Origin: Candidatus Omnitrophota bacterium
Lineage (GTDB): Bacteria; Omnitrophota; Gorgyraeia; Zapsychrales; Fredricksoniimonadaceae
Length of the DNA: 64,000 nucleotides
Assembly (NCBI GenBank): GCA_028865345.1
Contig: JAGWKL010000006.1
Coordinates: forward strand, 2,724 to 66,723
Reading direction: 5' to 3'
Shown: in pieces, positions 35,447 through 45,661 of the stretch
How positions within the stretch are numbered: the first letter of the stretch is position 1
Layout of the letters: every line of letters starts with the position of its first letter
The notes under the pieces: model-generated
What the model saw: the letters and a program-made list of their open reading frames with translations, nothing else
What the model was told of the DNA's origin: nothing
The model's database searches: none
Translations under genes and position numbers: made by a program

Positions 35447-38335
35447 TTGATATGGCGCGTTGAAGTCAGACAGAAAGACGGGGTCCTTGATCCTATCGGG
35501 GCCTCCGTTGCCCGCGACATCTGCGAACTTGGTTTCGACGCCCCCGACGTGCGCGTGGTGTGGGTTTATTTGCTGGAAGGCGACATCAGCCGCGAGGAGA
35601 TCAAGCGTATCGCAGGCGAGCTTTTGATCGACCCTGTGGTCGAGGAGTACAGTTTTGATTTGAAGCGCCCCCCGCAGTCAGGCTCCCGTCACGTCATTGA
35701 AATCGCCTACAACTTGGGCGTCATGGATCCGGTGGAAGCATCCACCATCAAAGGCATCCGCGACTTGGGGATCATGGGCGTCAAGGCCGTGCGCACGGCC
35801 AGGCAATACCACATCGACGGTCAATTTTCCGACAAGGAATTAGGACTCATCACCAACCGCGTGTTGATGAACAAGCTCGTCCAGCAGGTGGTTGGAGACC
35901 CTTCCCATATTCCTGCCTCGCTGGGGCTGTCCGGCCCGCCGGTGTCGAAATTCGACGTGCTGGTCGTGGATTTAGCGGCCGCCAAAGACCGCAGGCTGAT
36001 GGAGATCTCCAAGGCCGGCCAGCTTTATTTGAATTTGGATGAGATGCGCGCCATCCGGAAATATTTCAAAAAAGAGGGCCGCAATCCCACAGACGTTGAA
36101 CTGGAGACCATTGCCCAGACATGGAGCGAGCATTGCCGTCATAAAACTTTCCGGGGGACCATCCGCTACCGGGAAAGCAAAACGGCCAGGCCCCGGATCA
36201 TCCGCAGCCTGTTTAAGACGACCATTGCCGCGGCGACGTCGAAGCTCAATAAAAAATGGTGCGTTTCGGTTTTTCATGATAACGCCGGGATCATCAGCTT
36301 TGACAAGGACTATAATGTTTGTTTTAAAGTCGAGACCCATAACCACCCTTCTGCCCTGGAGCCTTTCGGCGGGGCCAACACCGGCGTTGGGGGCGTCATC
36401 CGGGACATTTTAGGCACGGGCCTTGCCGCCAAGCCGTTGTGCAATACCGACGTGTTTTGTTTCGCGCCGCCGGAGACGCCGGCGGCGGATTTGCCCAAGG
36501 GGGCCCTTCATCCCAAACGGGTCATGAAAGGCGTTGTCTCGGGGGTGCGCGATTACGGCAATAAAATGGGCATACCCACGGTCAACGGCGCCATTGTTTA
36601 TGACAAGCATTTCGCCGGCAACCCGCTGGTTTTTTGCGGTAATGTGGGGATCATTCCCAGGGGCAAGGAGATCAAGCGTGTCCGTCAGGGGGATTTGGTC
36701 GTGGCTGTCGGCGGCCGCACCGGCCGTGACGGGATCCACGGGGCGACATTTTCTTCAGGAGAACTTACCAGCGCATCGGAAACGGTGTCTTCGGGGGCGG
36801 TGCAGATCGGCAACCCCATCGAGGAGAAAAAAGTCCTTGATGCGCTGCTCAAGGCCCGCCAGGCCGGTTTGTATTCGGCCATCACCGATTGCGGGGCCGG
36901 CGGTTTTTCGTCCGCCGTCGGAGAAATGGGCGAGAAAACCGGCGCCCGGATCGATTTGGACCGCGCCCCTTTGAAATACCAGGGTCTCAAATACCATGAG
37001 ATCTGGATTTCCGAGTCTCAGGAGCGCATGGTCATGGCCGTGCCTCCTGAGAATATCGAGCGGCTCTTAAAGATTTTTGAAGCGGAGAATGTCGAGGCCG
37101 CGGTGCTGGGCGAGTTTGACGGTTCAGGCCGCCTGCAGTTGTTTTTCCACGGCCAGCAAGTGGCCGATTTGGACATGAGCTTCCTGCACGACGGGCTGCC
37201 GCAGATCGTCAAGGAGGCCCTTTACCAAAAGACGGCGCTCAAGAAGGAGAAGCTGCCCAGGAGGTCCTTGGATTTGACGCCGGAGTTGTGCGCCGCGTTG
37301 GGCCATTACAATGTGGCTTCCAAAGAAAGCGTCATCCGTATCTATGACCACGAAGTGCAGGGCACCAGCGTCGTCAAGCCTCTGGTCGGGCCTTGCACCG
37401 ACGGGCCGTCGGATGCCGCGGTCATCCGCGGGCGCCTGGGCCATCCCCAGGGCGTGGCGGTGGCCAACGGCATCAACGTGCGTTTCGGCATGATCGATCC
37501 CTTCTGGATGGCGGCTTCTTGCGTTGATGAAGCCATCCGCCAGATCATTGCCGTCGGCGGGTCACTGGACCGCATCGCCCTGCTTGATAATTTCTGCTGG
37601 GGCAATCCGGACAAGCCTGACCGGCTGGGGTCCCTGGTGCGGTGCGCGCAAGGCTGTTATAAGGCCGCCATGTCTTTCGGTACGCCGTTCATTTCGGGCA
37701 AGGACAGTTTGTATAACGAGTACACCCATAAGGGCAAAAGCCTTGCCATACCGGGAACCATTTTGATCTCCGCCATCGGTCATATCGATGATGTCGGCCG
37801 TTGCGTGACCATGGATTTCAAGAAGGCGGGCAACAGCATTTATGCCGTCGGCACGACGGCGGATGATCTGGGAGGCTCCATTTATCTGGAAAATTCCGGA
37901 CAGTTGGGCAGCTGTGTTCCCAAGGTCGATTTTAAGACGGCCTCCAGGATTTACCGGGCGCTTGAGCGGGCAACGAAGGCCGGCCTGCTTGCTTCTTTGC
38001 ACGATTGTTCCGAAGGAGGGTTGGCCGTGGCCCTGGCGGAGATGGCTTTTGCCGGAGGCTTGGGGGCGACGGTGCTCCTGGAGAGGGTGCCCTATAAGGG
38101 TAAACAGCGCCGGGAGGACGTGGTGCTCTTTTCGGAAAGCAACTCGCGTTTCATTGCCGAGGTCCCTGGTTCCCAAGAGAAAGCGTTGGCTAAAATTTTT
38201 AAAGGGCTGCCTTTGGCTAAAATCGGTACCGTTGAAGCCGGTCCGGAATTTATTGTTTACGGCTTGAAGGACAAGCCGGTCATCAATGCCCGCATCGACG
38301 AGCTGAAGGAAGTATGGAAATCACCGTTAAGATAA
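35447..38335 (+). CDS. purL: FGAM synthase PurL with N-terminal PurS-like extension
   Basis: V.V..K.GVLDP..LIDPVVE and GVMDP PurS-like segments; QTWSEHCRHK, ETHNHPSA, DCGAGG, SESQERM, SGKDS. Confidence 0.95.
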   Translation: MIWRVEVRQKDGVLDPIGASVARDICELGFDAPDVRVVWVYLLEGDISREEIKRIAGELLIDPVVEEYSFDLKRPPQSGSRHVIEIAYNLGVMDPVEASTIKGIRDLGIMGVKAVRTARQYHIDGQFSDKELGLITNRVLMNKLVQQVVGDPSHIPASLGLSGPPVSKFDVLVVDLAAAKDRRLMEISKAGQLYLNLDEMRAIRKYFKKEGRNPTDVELETIAQTWSEHCRHKTFRGTIRYRESKTARPRIIRSLFKTTIAAATSKLNKKWCVSVFHDNAGIISFDKDYNVCFKVETHNHPSALEPFGGANTGVGGVIRDILGTGLAAKPLCNTDVFCFAPPETPAADLPKGALHPKRVMKGVVSGVRDYGNKMGIPTVNGAIVYDKHFAGNPLVFCGNVGIIPRGKEIKRVRQGDLVVAVGGRTGRDGIHGATFSSGELTSASETVSSGAVQIGNPIEEKKVLDALLKARQAGLYSAITDCGAGGFSSAVGEMGEKTGARIDLDRAPLKYQGLKYHEIWISESQERMVMAVPPENIERLLKIFEAENVEAAVLGEFDGSGRLQLFFHGQQVADLDMSFLHDGLPQIVKEALYQKTALKKEKLPRRSLDLTPELCAALGHYNVASKESVIRIYDHEVQGTSVVKPLVGPCTDGPSDAAVIRGRLGHPQGVAVANGINVRFGMIDPFWMAASCVDEAIRQIIAVGGSLDRIALLDNFCWGNPDKPDRLGSLVRCAQGCYKAAMSFGTPFISGKDSLYNEYTHKGKSLAIPGTILISAIGHIDDVGRCVTMDFKKAGNSIYAVGTTADDLGGSIYLENSGQLGSCVPKVDFKTASRIYRALERATKAGLLASLHDCSEGGLAVALAEMAFAGGLGATVLLERVPYKGKQRREDVVLFSESNSRFIAEVPGSQEKALAKIFKGLPLAKIGTVEAGPEFIVYGLKDKPVINARIDELKEVWKSPLR

Positions 38336-38350
38336 CAGGAGGGGAAAACA

Positions 38351-39025
38351 GTGAAGAATAACCACAGACGTCCTCAAGTGCCTGACCTGGAAATGATGGA
38401 AGACCCGTGGCGTATTTTTCGCATTATGGCGGAGTTCGTCGACGGTTTCGAGGAGCTTAAGAGCATCGGGCCCGCGGTCAGCATCTTCGGGTCTTCCCGC
38501 ATTCCCCGCGGGCATACGTATTATAAGGCGGCCGAAAAGACGGCGGAGCTCCTGGTCAAAGCGGGCTACGCGATCATCACCGGCGGAGGCCCCAGCATCA
38601 TGGAGGCGGGCAACAAGGGCGCCGCCAAGGCGGGCGGGCGATCCATCGGCCTTAATATCGACCTGCCTTTTGAACAAATACCCAACACCTATATCAATCA
38701 TCTGGTGAGGTTCCATTATTTTTTCTGCCGTAAAGTCTGTTTTGTCAAATATGCCAAGGCCTTTGTGATTTTTCCGGGCGGCTATGGGACTTTTGATGAA
38801 TTGTCGGAAAGCCTCACCCTGATCCAGACCCAGCGCATGGACAAATTCCCGGTCATCCTTTATGGAAGTCAATATTGGAAGGGGGTCCTGGACTGGCTTA
38901 AAGATACGGTGCTCAAGGAAGGTTGCATCGAGCCCAAGGACCTGGATATCATGCAGATTGTGGATACGCCGCAAGAGGTGGTCAAAAACATCAGGAAATT
39001 CTACGCCAAAAAGAAGAACAGATGA
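38351..39025 (+). CDS. LOG family protein (type II, nucleotide monophosphate nucleosidase-like)
   Basis: ITGGGPSIMEAGN, YFFCRK, FPGGYGTFDE. Confidence 0.9.
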   Translation: MKNNHRRPQVPDLEMMEDPWRIFRIMAEFVDGFEELKSIGPAVSIFGSSRIPRGHTYYKAAEKTAELLVKAGYAIITGGGPSIMEAGNKGAAKAGGRSIGLNIDLPFEQIPNTYINHLVRFHYFFCRKVCFVKYAKAFVIFPGGYGTFDELSESLTLIQTQRMDKFPVILYGSQYWKGVLDWLKDTVLKEGCIEPKDLDIMQIVDTPQEVVKNIRKFYAKKKNR

Positions 39026-39816
39026 TCCCGAACGTCAAAGTCATCATCATCCGCACTGCGGGCACAAATTGCAATGAGGAAACGTCCTTTGCCTTCAGGT
39101 CCCTGGGGGCCAGCGTCGAAGAGGTGCACATCAAGGCCTTGATCGACGGGGCCAGGTTCCTTCGTGATTACCATATTTTGGCCCTGCCGGGCGGCTTCAG
39201 TTACGGCGACGACATTGCTTCGGGCCGCATCCTGGCCAATGAATTGCGTTTGAAATTATTGGAAGATATCCGGCAATTTATCCGGGAAGGCAAGCTGATC
39301 ATCGGCATATGCAACGGTTTTCAGATTTTGACCAAGGCGGGGATCCTGCCCGGTTTGGAGCTGAATAGTGGACAGGAAGCCACTTTATTCTATAATGATT
39401 CCGCGAAATTTGAAGACCGCTGGGTCCATCTCAAGGTGGAAGGCCGGTGTGTGTGGACCAGGAGCCTGCCGCAGCAGATTTATCTGCCCGTGGCCCACGG
39501 CGAGGGGAAATTTATCCCGCGCGACAGACAAGTGCTGGAGACGCTGGCCGCCAACGGGCAGATCGCCCTGCGTTATTGCTCTGCTGACGGAGGCAGGCCT
39601 TCCTATCCGGATAATCCCAACGGGTCTATGGAAAACATTGCGGGCCTTTGCGATACCACCGGCCGCATCCTGGGCCTGATGCCGCACCCGGAGAGGCACT
39701 TTTTATTCGAGCAGCACCCTTTTTGGACCAGGCTCGCCAAAAAAAGCCCGTTCGGCGATGGGGCCAAGATCTTCGAGAACGGCATCAATTACGTGAAGGA
39801 AAATTTGTTGCACTAA
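39022..39816 (+). CDS. purQ: FGAM synthase glutaminase subunit
   Basis: GTNC..ET, PGGFSYGD, GICNGFQ, AHGEG, MPHPER. Confidence 0.96.
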   Translation: MIPNVKVIIIRTAGTNCNEETSFAFRSLGASVEEVHIKALIDGARFLRDYHILALPGGFSYGDDIASGRILANELRLKLLEDIRQFIREGKLIIGICNGFQILTKAGILPGLELNSGQEATLFYNDSAKFEDRWVHLKVEGRCVWTRSLPQQIYLPVAHGEGKFIPRDRQVLETLAANGQIALRYCSADGGRPSYPDNPNGSMENIAGLCDTTGRILGLMPHPERHFLFEQHPFWTRLAKKSPFGDGAKIFENGINYVKENLLH

Positions 39817-39871
39817 GGAACAAAGTATATTAATGTCACTAGCGGATAAATTTGTTTTTTGAGCGACACTT

Positions 39872-40031
39872 ATGCGTATTCGGCCGTTGTATTTTCCGAG
39901 CAGGCAGTAGAGGGCCGATTTGGCATGGTCCCCGCCGAAGGCGGGGCAAATCGGCCCAGGCCCTAGCGAAGCCGCGTCGCTGGACGCGGCGAGCGTGCCT
40001 GCGAGGGAAATACAACGGCCGAATATTGCAT
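39872..40031 (+). repeat. Structured intergenic repeat, copy 2
   Basis: Closing stem 39877-39897/40005-40025; same internal stems as copy 1 with compensatory changes. Confidence 0.85.
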
Positions 40032-40033
40032 GG

Positions 40034-40066
40034 CTGGATTCCCGATAAAAGCATTCGGGAATGACA
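40034..40066. repeat. REP-like hairpin (GTCATTCCCG...CGGGAATCC type on minus strand)
   Basis: ATTCCCGA 40038-40045 / TCGGGAAT 40055-40062 followed by GACA. Confidence 0.6.
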
Positions 40067-40075
40067 AAATAGATT

Positions 40076-41080
40076 ATGGCACGACAATTGACCTATAAAA
40101 AAGCGGGGGTGGATATCGGCAAGGCCAACCGCTTCGTGGGCGCCGTCAAACGGATGGCCGAGGCTACGGCCGGCCGCGGCGCGATGGAGAGGCCCGGTTC
40201 GTTCGGCGCGTTGTTTGATTTGGGTTTTTTAAAATACAAGAACCCTGTGCTGGTTTCTTCCACCGACGGCGTAGGGACAAAGCTGTTGATCGCCAATTTA
40301 GCCGGCAAACACGACACCGTGGGCATAGACCTGGTGGCCATGAACGTCAATGATGTCCTGTGCACCGGCGCCAGGCCCCTGTTCTTTTTGGATTATATCG
40401 CGGCAGGTACAATCGACCTCAAGGTCATGAAGGACGTGATGAAAGGCATTGTGGCCGGATGCCGGATGGCCGGATGCGCGCTTGTAGGCGGAGAGACCGC
40501 CGAAATGCCGGACATGTACAAGGCCAAGGATTACGACCTGGCGGGTTTTACGGTCGGGGTGGCGGAGAAGGGGCGGCTGGTTGACGGATCAGGGATAAAA
40601 TGCAATGATGTGCTTATAGGTTTGCCGTCTTCGGGGCTGCATTCCAACGGATATTCGCTGGTCCGCAGGGCGCTTTCGCCCAAAGAGCAAAAGCAATATG
40701 CCGGAGTTTTGCTTAAGCCCACCTGCATTTATGTCAAGCCGGTTTTAGCCCTGCTTGAAAAAATTCAGGTCAGGGGCATGGCCCACTTGACCGGCGGCGC
40801 CTGGTATGAGAAATTGACCAAGGTCCTGCCTCCGGGGCTTTGCTTTTGCGTTAAAAAAGGGAGTTGGCCGATCCCGCGGATATTCGGCCTCATCCAGGAC
40901 AAGGGGCATATCCCGGAACATGAAATGTACCGGACCTTTAATATGGGCATCGGTTTTGCCCTGGTCGTCGCGCCCGAGGATGTCGACGGGACGCATGCCG
41001 TTCTCAGGGCCCACAAGACAGAGTCCTTTGTCATCGGTGAGGTGGTCAGGGACGCCAAGCATAAGGTCGTTTTTGTATGA
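40076..41080 (+). CDS. purM: AIR synthetase
   Basis: YKKAGVDI, TDGVGTK, GGETAEMP, SSGLHSNGYS, TFNMGIG. Confidence 0.97.
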   Translation: MARQLTYKKAGVDIGKANRFVGAVKRMAEATAGRGAMERPGSFGALFDLGFLKYKNPVLVSSTDGVGTKLLIANLAGKHDTVGIDLVAMNVNDVLCTGARPLFFLDYIAAGTIDLKVMKDVMKGIVAGCRMAGCALVGGETAEMPDMYKAKDYDLAGFTVGVAEKGRLVDGSGIKCNDVLIGLPSSGLHSNGYSLVRRALSPKEQKQYAGVLLKPTCIYVKPVLALLEKIQVRGMAHLTGGAWYEKLTKVLPPGLCFCVKKGSWPIPRIFGLIQDKGHIPEHEMYRTFNMGIGFALVVAPEDVDGTHAVLRAHKTESFVIGEVVRDAKHKVVFV

Positions 41081-42360
41081 ACGTTTTAGTCATCGGTTCG
41101 GGCGGGCGTGAGCACGCGCTGTGCTGGAAAATCAAACAATCACCCAAGGTCAAACGGCTTTATTGTCTGCCTGGCAACGGCGGCATCGCCCGCATCGCCG
41201 AATGCGTGGACATCGCCGCCGACGATGTGAATTTGATTTTGCAGTATGCCCTGAATAAGAAGATCGACCTGACTGTCGTCGGCCCCGAAGCAAGCCTGAC
41301 GGCGGGCATCGCCGACCTTTTTGCCCAAAAAGGCCTGAAAGTATTCGGGCCTTCCCGGGCCGCGGCGCAATTGGAAGGCAGCAAGGTCTTTGCCAAGGAG
41401 TTCATGCGCCGCCGCAATATTCCGACGGCCGACTACAAGGTTTTTAGCAGTGACGCCCAAGCGCTGGAATTCCTGCAGGCGGCGCAGTTTCCTTTGGTAG
41501 TCAAGGCCGACGGGCTTTGCGCGGGCAAGGGCGTTTATGTTTGCGCCGACCTTAAAGCGGCCAGGACGGCGGTGGATGAGATCATGGTCCAAAAGATTTT
41601 TGGGGACGCAGGGGACAACATCATTATTGAAGAATGCCTGCAGGGCCCTGAAGTGTCGGTCCTGGCGGTCTGTGACGGCAGGCATTTTTTGGTGTTGCCG
41701 ACCTCCCAGGACCATAAGCGTGTTTTCGATGATGATGTGGGCCCCAATACCGGAGGCATGGGGGCGTTCTCCCCCAGTGCGCGCGTCAACGTCCAGGTCC
41801 TGGATGTGGTGATCAACCGGATCATTGAGCCCGCCATCCGCGGTATGTACCAGGAGGGCAATCCTTTTAAAGGCGTTCTTTTTGCGGGCCTCATGCTCAC
41901 CCAAGACGGGCCCAAGGCCCTGGAGTTTAATGTGCGTTTCGGGGACCCTGAGACCCAGAGCATTCTGCCGAGGCTGCAGTCGGACATCGTGGACATATTT
42001 TTGGCGGTCTGCGACGGAAGGCTGGCGGACATCAAGGTCAAATGGGACGAACAGCCTTGCGTGTGCGTGGTGGTGGCCTCGGGCGGATATCCCGGCAAAT
42101 ACCAGAGCGGTTTTTCCATCGGCGGCCTGGACAAGATCAAGGACGAGGACACCATGGTTTTCCACGCCGGCACTAAAAATGACGGCGGGACCATCGTCAC
42201 CAGCGGAGGCAGGGTCCTGGGCGTGGCGGCCCTGGGACAAAACCTTGAAGCCGCGGCCGCTAAAGCGTATAATGCTGTTTCTAAAATCGAATTCGATCAT
42301 ATGTTTTTCCGCCGGGACATCGCGGCCAGGTCTTCGAAGCAGAAGGTTGCTTCGCCGTAA
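41077..42360 (+). CDS. purD: GAR synthetase
   Basis: GSGGREHA, VGPE, KADGL.AGKGV, GPNTGGMG, EFNVRFGDPE. Confidence 0.97.
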   Translation: MNVLVIGSGGREHALCWKIKQSPKVKRLYCLPGNGGIARIAECVDIAADDVNLILQYALNKKIDLTVVGPEASLTAGIADLFAQKGLKVFGPSRAAAQLEGSKVFAKEFMRRRNIPTADYKVFSSDAQALEFLQAAQFPLVVKADGLCAGKGVYVCADLKAARTAVDEIMVQKIFGDAGDNIIIEECLQGPEVSVLAVCDGRHFLVLPTSQDHKRVFDDDVGPNTGGMGAFSPSARVNVQVLDVVINRIIEPAIRGMYQEGNPFKGVLFAGLMLTQDGPKALEFNVRFGDPETQSILPRLQSDIVDIFLAVCDGRLADIKVKWDEQPCVCVVVASGGYPGKYQSGFSIGGLDKIKDEDTMVFHAGTKNDGGTIVTSGGRVLGVAALGQNLEAAAAKAYNAVSKIEFDHMFFRRDIAARSSKQKVASP

Positions 42361-42382
42361 CGAACATTAAGGAAGGCCTCTC

Positions 42383-43450
42383 ATGGTCTCCACAAGGGTC
42401 TTAAAAGTCAATTCGGCCTTGCCTGAGCCTGAAAAGGTCGCCGAGGCCGCCCGCATCGTCCGGCAGGGCGGGCTGGTGATTTTCCCGACGGAAACGGTTT
42501 ACGGCATTGCCGCGGATTCCAACAATCCCAGGACCATGGACCGTTTGCGCACGGTGAAACGCCGGACGGACGGAAAGCTTTTTTCCATTTTGATAGCCCA
42601 GCGGGGGATCATCGACAACTATTCGTCGTACACGCACCCGAATTTGTACAAGGTGATCGACAAATACTGGCCCGGTCCCCTGACGGTGATCGTGCCGGCC
42701 CGCCACGAGGGGGAAACCCTCGGCATCCGCATGCCGGACCATACGGTGGCGCTTCGCCTGGTGGAAGAAAGCGGCTGCACGATCGCGGCCCCGTCGGCAA
42801 ACCTGGAGGGGAAAAAGCCGCCGACCAATGCCAAAGAGGCCCTGGAAGATCTTGACGGCCTAGTCGACCTGGCCCTGGACGGCGGACCGGTCGATTTTGG
42901 GATATCCTCGACGATCCTGGATTTTACCGGGACGCACCCGACGGTCAAACGGGAAGGGGTCATCACCCAGCCGGATGTGGACCGCACCATCAGCAAGAAA
43001 TGCATCCTGTTTGTCTGCACGGGAAACAGCTGCCGCTCGGTGATGGCGGAATATTTGTTGAGGGCCAAATTGATAGGGCGCCAGGATGTGGAAGTGCATT
43101 CGGCGGGCACCAGCGTTTTTTTCAGGTCCCCGGCGAGCCAGGAAACCATTGCCGTCTTGAGGGACAAGGGGATCAACGCCGCGGCGCACATTTCCAGGCC
43201 GCTGGGCACCATCATGCTCAAGAAATCGGACTTGATCTTTGCCATGACCCGGGCGCACCGCGCCCAGATATTGGAACGCGTTCCGTCGGTGGAGAAAAGG
43301 GTCTATTGCTTAAGGGAATTCGCCGGCACCCACCGGGGGCTCCAGACGGACCTGGATGTGCCGGACCCCATCGGCCAGCCGCATGCCGCCTATCAGGAGT
43401 GCTTGGACATGGTCGAGGAGGCGGTTGAAAAGATAGAGAGGCTGCTTTGA
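42383..43450 (+). CDS. tsaC: Fusion: threonylcarbamoyl-AMP synthase (TsaC/YrdC) plus low-molecular-weight protein phosphatase
   Basis: FPTETVYG, KRR, WPGPLT, APSAN; then FVCTGNSCRS and DVPDPIG. Confidence 0.9.
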   Translation: MVSTRVLKVNSALPEPEKVAEAARIVRQGGLVIFPTETVYGIAADSNNPRTMDRLRTVKRRTDGKLFSILIAQRGIIDNYSSYTHPNLYKVIDKYWPGPLTVIVPARHEGETLGIRMPDHTVALRLVEESGCTIAAPSANLEGKKPPTNAKEALEDLDGLVDLALDGGPVDFGISSTILDFTGTHPTVKREGVITQPDVDRTISKKCILFVCTGNSCRSVMAEYLLRAKLIGRQDVEVHSAGTSVFFRSPASQETIAVLRDKGINAAAHISRPLGTIMLKKSDLIFAMTRAHRAQILERVPSVEKRVYCLREFAGTHRGLQTDLDVPDPIGQPHAAYQECLDMVEEAVEKIERLL

Positions 43451-43899
43451 AAATATTTATCGGTTCGGACCACAGGGGTGTACTCTTAAAGAAGAAGGTC
43501 GACGCCGTACTTAAAAGTTTGGGCCATGAAGTCGTGGACATGGGCACGCATGATGAAGGCGCCGGTTGTGATTATCCTCTGGTCGCCCGGCAGGTGGCGG
43601 AACAAGCGGTGGCCCATCCGGGAAGCCGCGGGATCCTGTTGTGCATGTCCGGCATCGGACATTCCATTGCCGCCAACAAGGTGCCCGGTGTTTATGCCGC
43701 CCTGGTTTATAATAAGGAAGCGGCCCTGCTTTCCCGTCAGCACAATGACAGCAATGTGCTGGTCCTGGGGGCCAAATTTACGGATGAAGCCCAGATGCCG
43801 GACATCGTGAAGATCTGGTTATCGACCGCCTTTGAAGGAGGACGGCATCAGCGCCGGAAAGAACAGATCCAATCTATAGAAAGGGAATACTCAAAATGA
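43447..43899 (+). CDS. rpiB: Ribose-5-phosphate isomerase B
   Basis: GSDHRG, DYP, CMSGIG..IAANK, RQHNDSN, FEGGRH.RR. Confidence 0.93.
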   Translation: MKIFIGSDHRGVLLKKKVDAVLKSLGHEVVDMGTHDEGAGCDYPLVARQVAEQAVAHPGSRGILLCMSGIGHSIAANKVPGVYAALVYNKEAALLSRQHNDSNVLVLGAKFTDEAQMPDIVKIWLSTAFEGGRHQRRKEQIQSIEREYSK

Positions 43900-45155
43900 A
43901 GTATTTACAGTCGGTTGATCCTCAAATTTATCAGGCCATCCAGCATGAGCTTAAACGCCAGCAAAACAACCTTGAATTGATCGCATCGGAAAATATCGTC
44001 TCCCGGGCCGTGCTGGAGGCCGCCGGCAGCGTGCTGACCAATAAGTATGCGGAAGGCTATCCGGCCGCGCGCTGGTACAACGGCTGCGAATTTGTCGACG
44101 AGGCGGAGAGCCTGGCCCAAGCCCGCGCCAAAGAGCTTTTCGGCGGGGACCATGTCAACGTGCAGCCCCACTCAGGCTCCCAGGCCAATACGGCGGTTTA
44201 TATGTCGGTCTTGAAGCCCGGTGATACGGTCATGGGCATGGATTTGGCCTGCGGAGGGCATTTGACCCACGGCCTGAAAATGAACATTTCCGGCCGGCTG
44301 TATAATTTTGTCTCATATAAAGTCGATGCGAAGTCGGAGCTTATCGATATGGATGACCTTGAGCGCCTGGCCGTCGAGCACAAGCCGAAGATGATCGTGG
44401 CCGGCTACTCGGCCTATTCGAGGACTTTGGATTTTAAACGTTTCCGCGAGATTGCGGACAAGGTGGGCGCGTATTTGTTCGTGGACATGGCCCATTTTGC
44501 CGGGCTGGTGGCGGCGGGGCTGCATCCCAACCCCGTGCCGCACGCCCATTTTGTGACCACCACCACGCATAAGACCCTGCGGGGGCCCCGCGGCGGGATG
44601 ATCATTTGCCAGGCCCAATTCGCCAAGAAGATCGACGGGGCCATTTTCCCGGGAATCCAGGGGGGGCCATTGATGCACATCATTGCGGCCAAGGCGGTGG
44701 CTTTTAAAGAAGCATTGACCCCGGAGTTCAAGCAATACCAGCGGCAGGTGACGGCCAATGCCAGGGCCTTTGCCGAAGCGCTGGGGGCGCTGGGTTTCCG
44801 CATCGTCACCGGGGGGACGGACAATCATTTGTTCATGGTGGACCTGCGCCCCAAAAACATTACGGGCAAAGATGCGGCCGCCCTGCTGGATCGCGTGGCC
44901 ATCACCGTCAACAAGAACCTGGTTCCCTTTGACCCGCAACCTCCGACGGTGGCGAGCGGTGTGCGCATCGGCACTCCGGCCGTCACCACGCGCGGCATGA
45001 AAGAGCCCCAGATGCGCACCATTGCGCAGCTGATCGACCGTTGTATCGCCAACCGGGACAATGGGGCGCAGTTGGAAAAGCTCCGCTGTCAAGTCGAGCG
45101 TCTGGCCGGGGAATTCCCTATTTATACCGACCCCGCCGTCCTCGCCGCCAAGTAG
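43896..45155 (+). CDS. glyA: Serine hydroxymethyltransferase
   Basis: [34 protein letters not shown]. Confidence 0.97.
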   Translation: MKYLQSVDPQIYQAIQHELKRQQNNLELIASENIVSRAVLEAAGSVLTNKYAEGYPAARWYNGCEFVDEAESLAQARAKELFGGDHVNVQPHSGSQANTAVYMSVLKPGDTVMGMDLACGGHLTHGLKMNISGRLYNFVSYKVDAKSELIDMDDLERLAVEHKPKMIVAGYSAYSRTLDFKRFREIADKVGAYLFVDMAHFAGLVAAGLHPNPVPHAHFVTTTTHKTLRGPRGGMIICQAQFAKKIDGAIFPGIQGGPLMHIIAAKAVAFKEALTPEFKQYQRQVTANARAFAEALGALGFRIVTGGTDNHLFMVDLRPKNITGKDAAALLDRVAITVNKNLVPFDPQPPTVASGVRIGTPAVTTRGMKEPQMRTIAQLIDRCIANRDNGAQLEKLRCQVERLAGEFPIYTDPAVLAAK

Positions 45156-45167
45156 AGGTTTAAACGT

Positions 45168-45659
45168 ATGCGTTGCCCGGCCTGTGGTTATAAAGGGACA
45201 AATGTGATGGACTCGAGGCTCAACAGCGACGGGACATCCATCCGCCGGCGGAGGCAGTGTTCCAAGTGCGAGGAGCGTTTCACCACCTATGAGTATATTG
45301 AAGAAGTCCCGCTCATGGTCGTCAAACGCGACGGCCGCCGCCAGGCCTTTGACCGCACCCGTCTGCTCAACGGGCTCATCAAGGCCTGTGAAAAAAGGCC
45401 GGTCAGCGTGGAGGCCATTGAGTCCATGGTGGATGATATCGAGCATGCCATCCGCAAGAAGTACGACCGCGAGATCGACTCCAAGGACATCGGCGAGATG
45501 GTCATGAACCGCCTGGCTGTTTTGGATGAAGTGGCGTATGTGCGTTTTGCCTCCGTTTACAGGCAGTTTCGCGACGTCAACCAGTTTATGGATGAGTTGC
45601 AGGTGATTTTAAGCAAAAATAAAATCAAAAAACTTAAAAAACAAAAAGGCCCGAAATAA
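45168..45659 (+). CDS. nrdR: Transcriptional repressor NrdR
   Basis: MRCP.C, RRRRQC..C..RFTTYE, ATP cone, AYVRFASVY. Confidence 0.96.
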   Translation: MRCPACGYKGTNVMDSRLNSDGTSIRRRRQCSKCEERFTTYEYIEEVPLMVVKRDGRRQAFDRTRLLNGLIKACEKRPVSVEAIESMVDDIEHAIRKKYDREIDSKDIGEMVMNRLAVLDEVAYVRFASVYRQFRDVNQFMDELQVILSKNKIKKLKKQKGPK

Positions 45660-45661
45660 TC

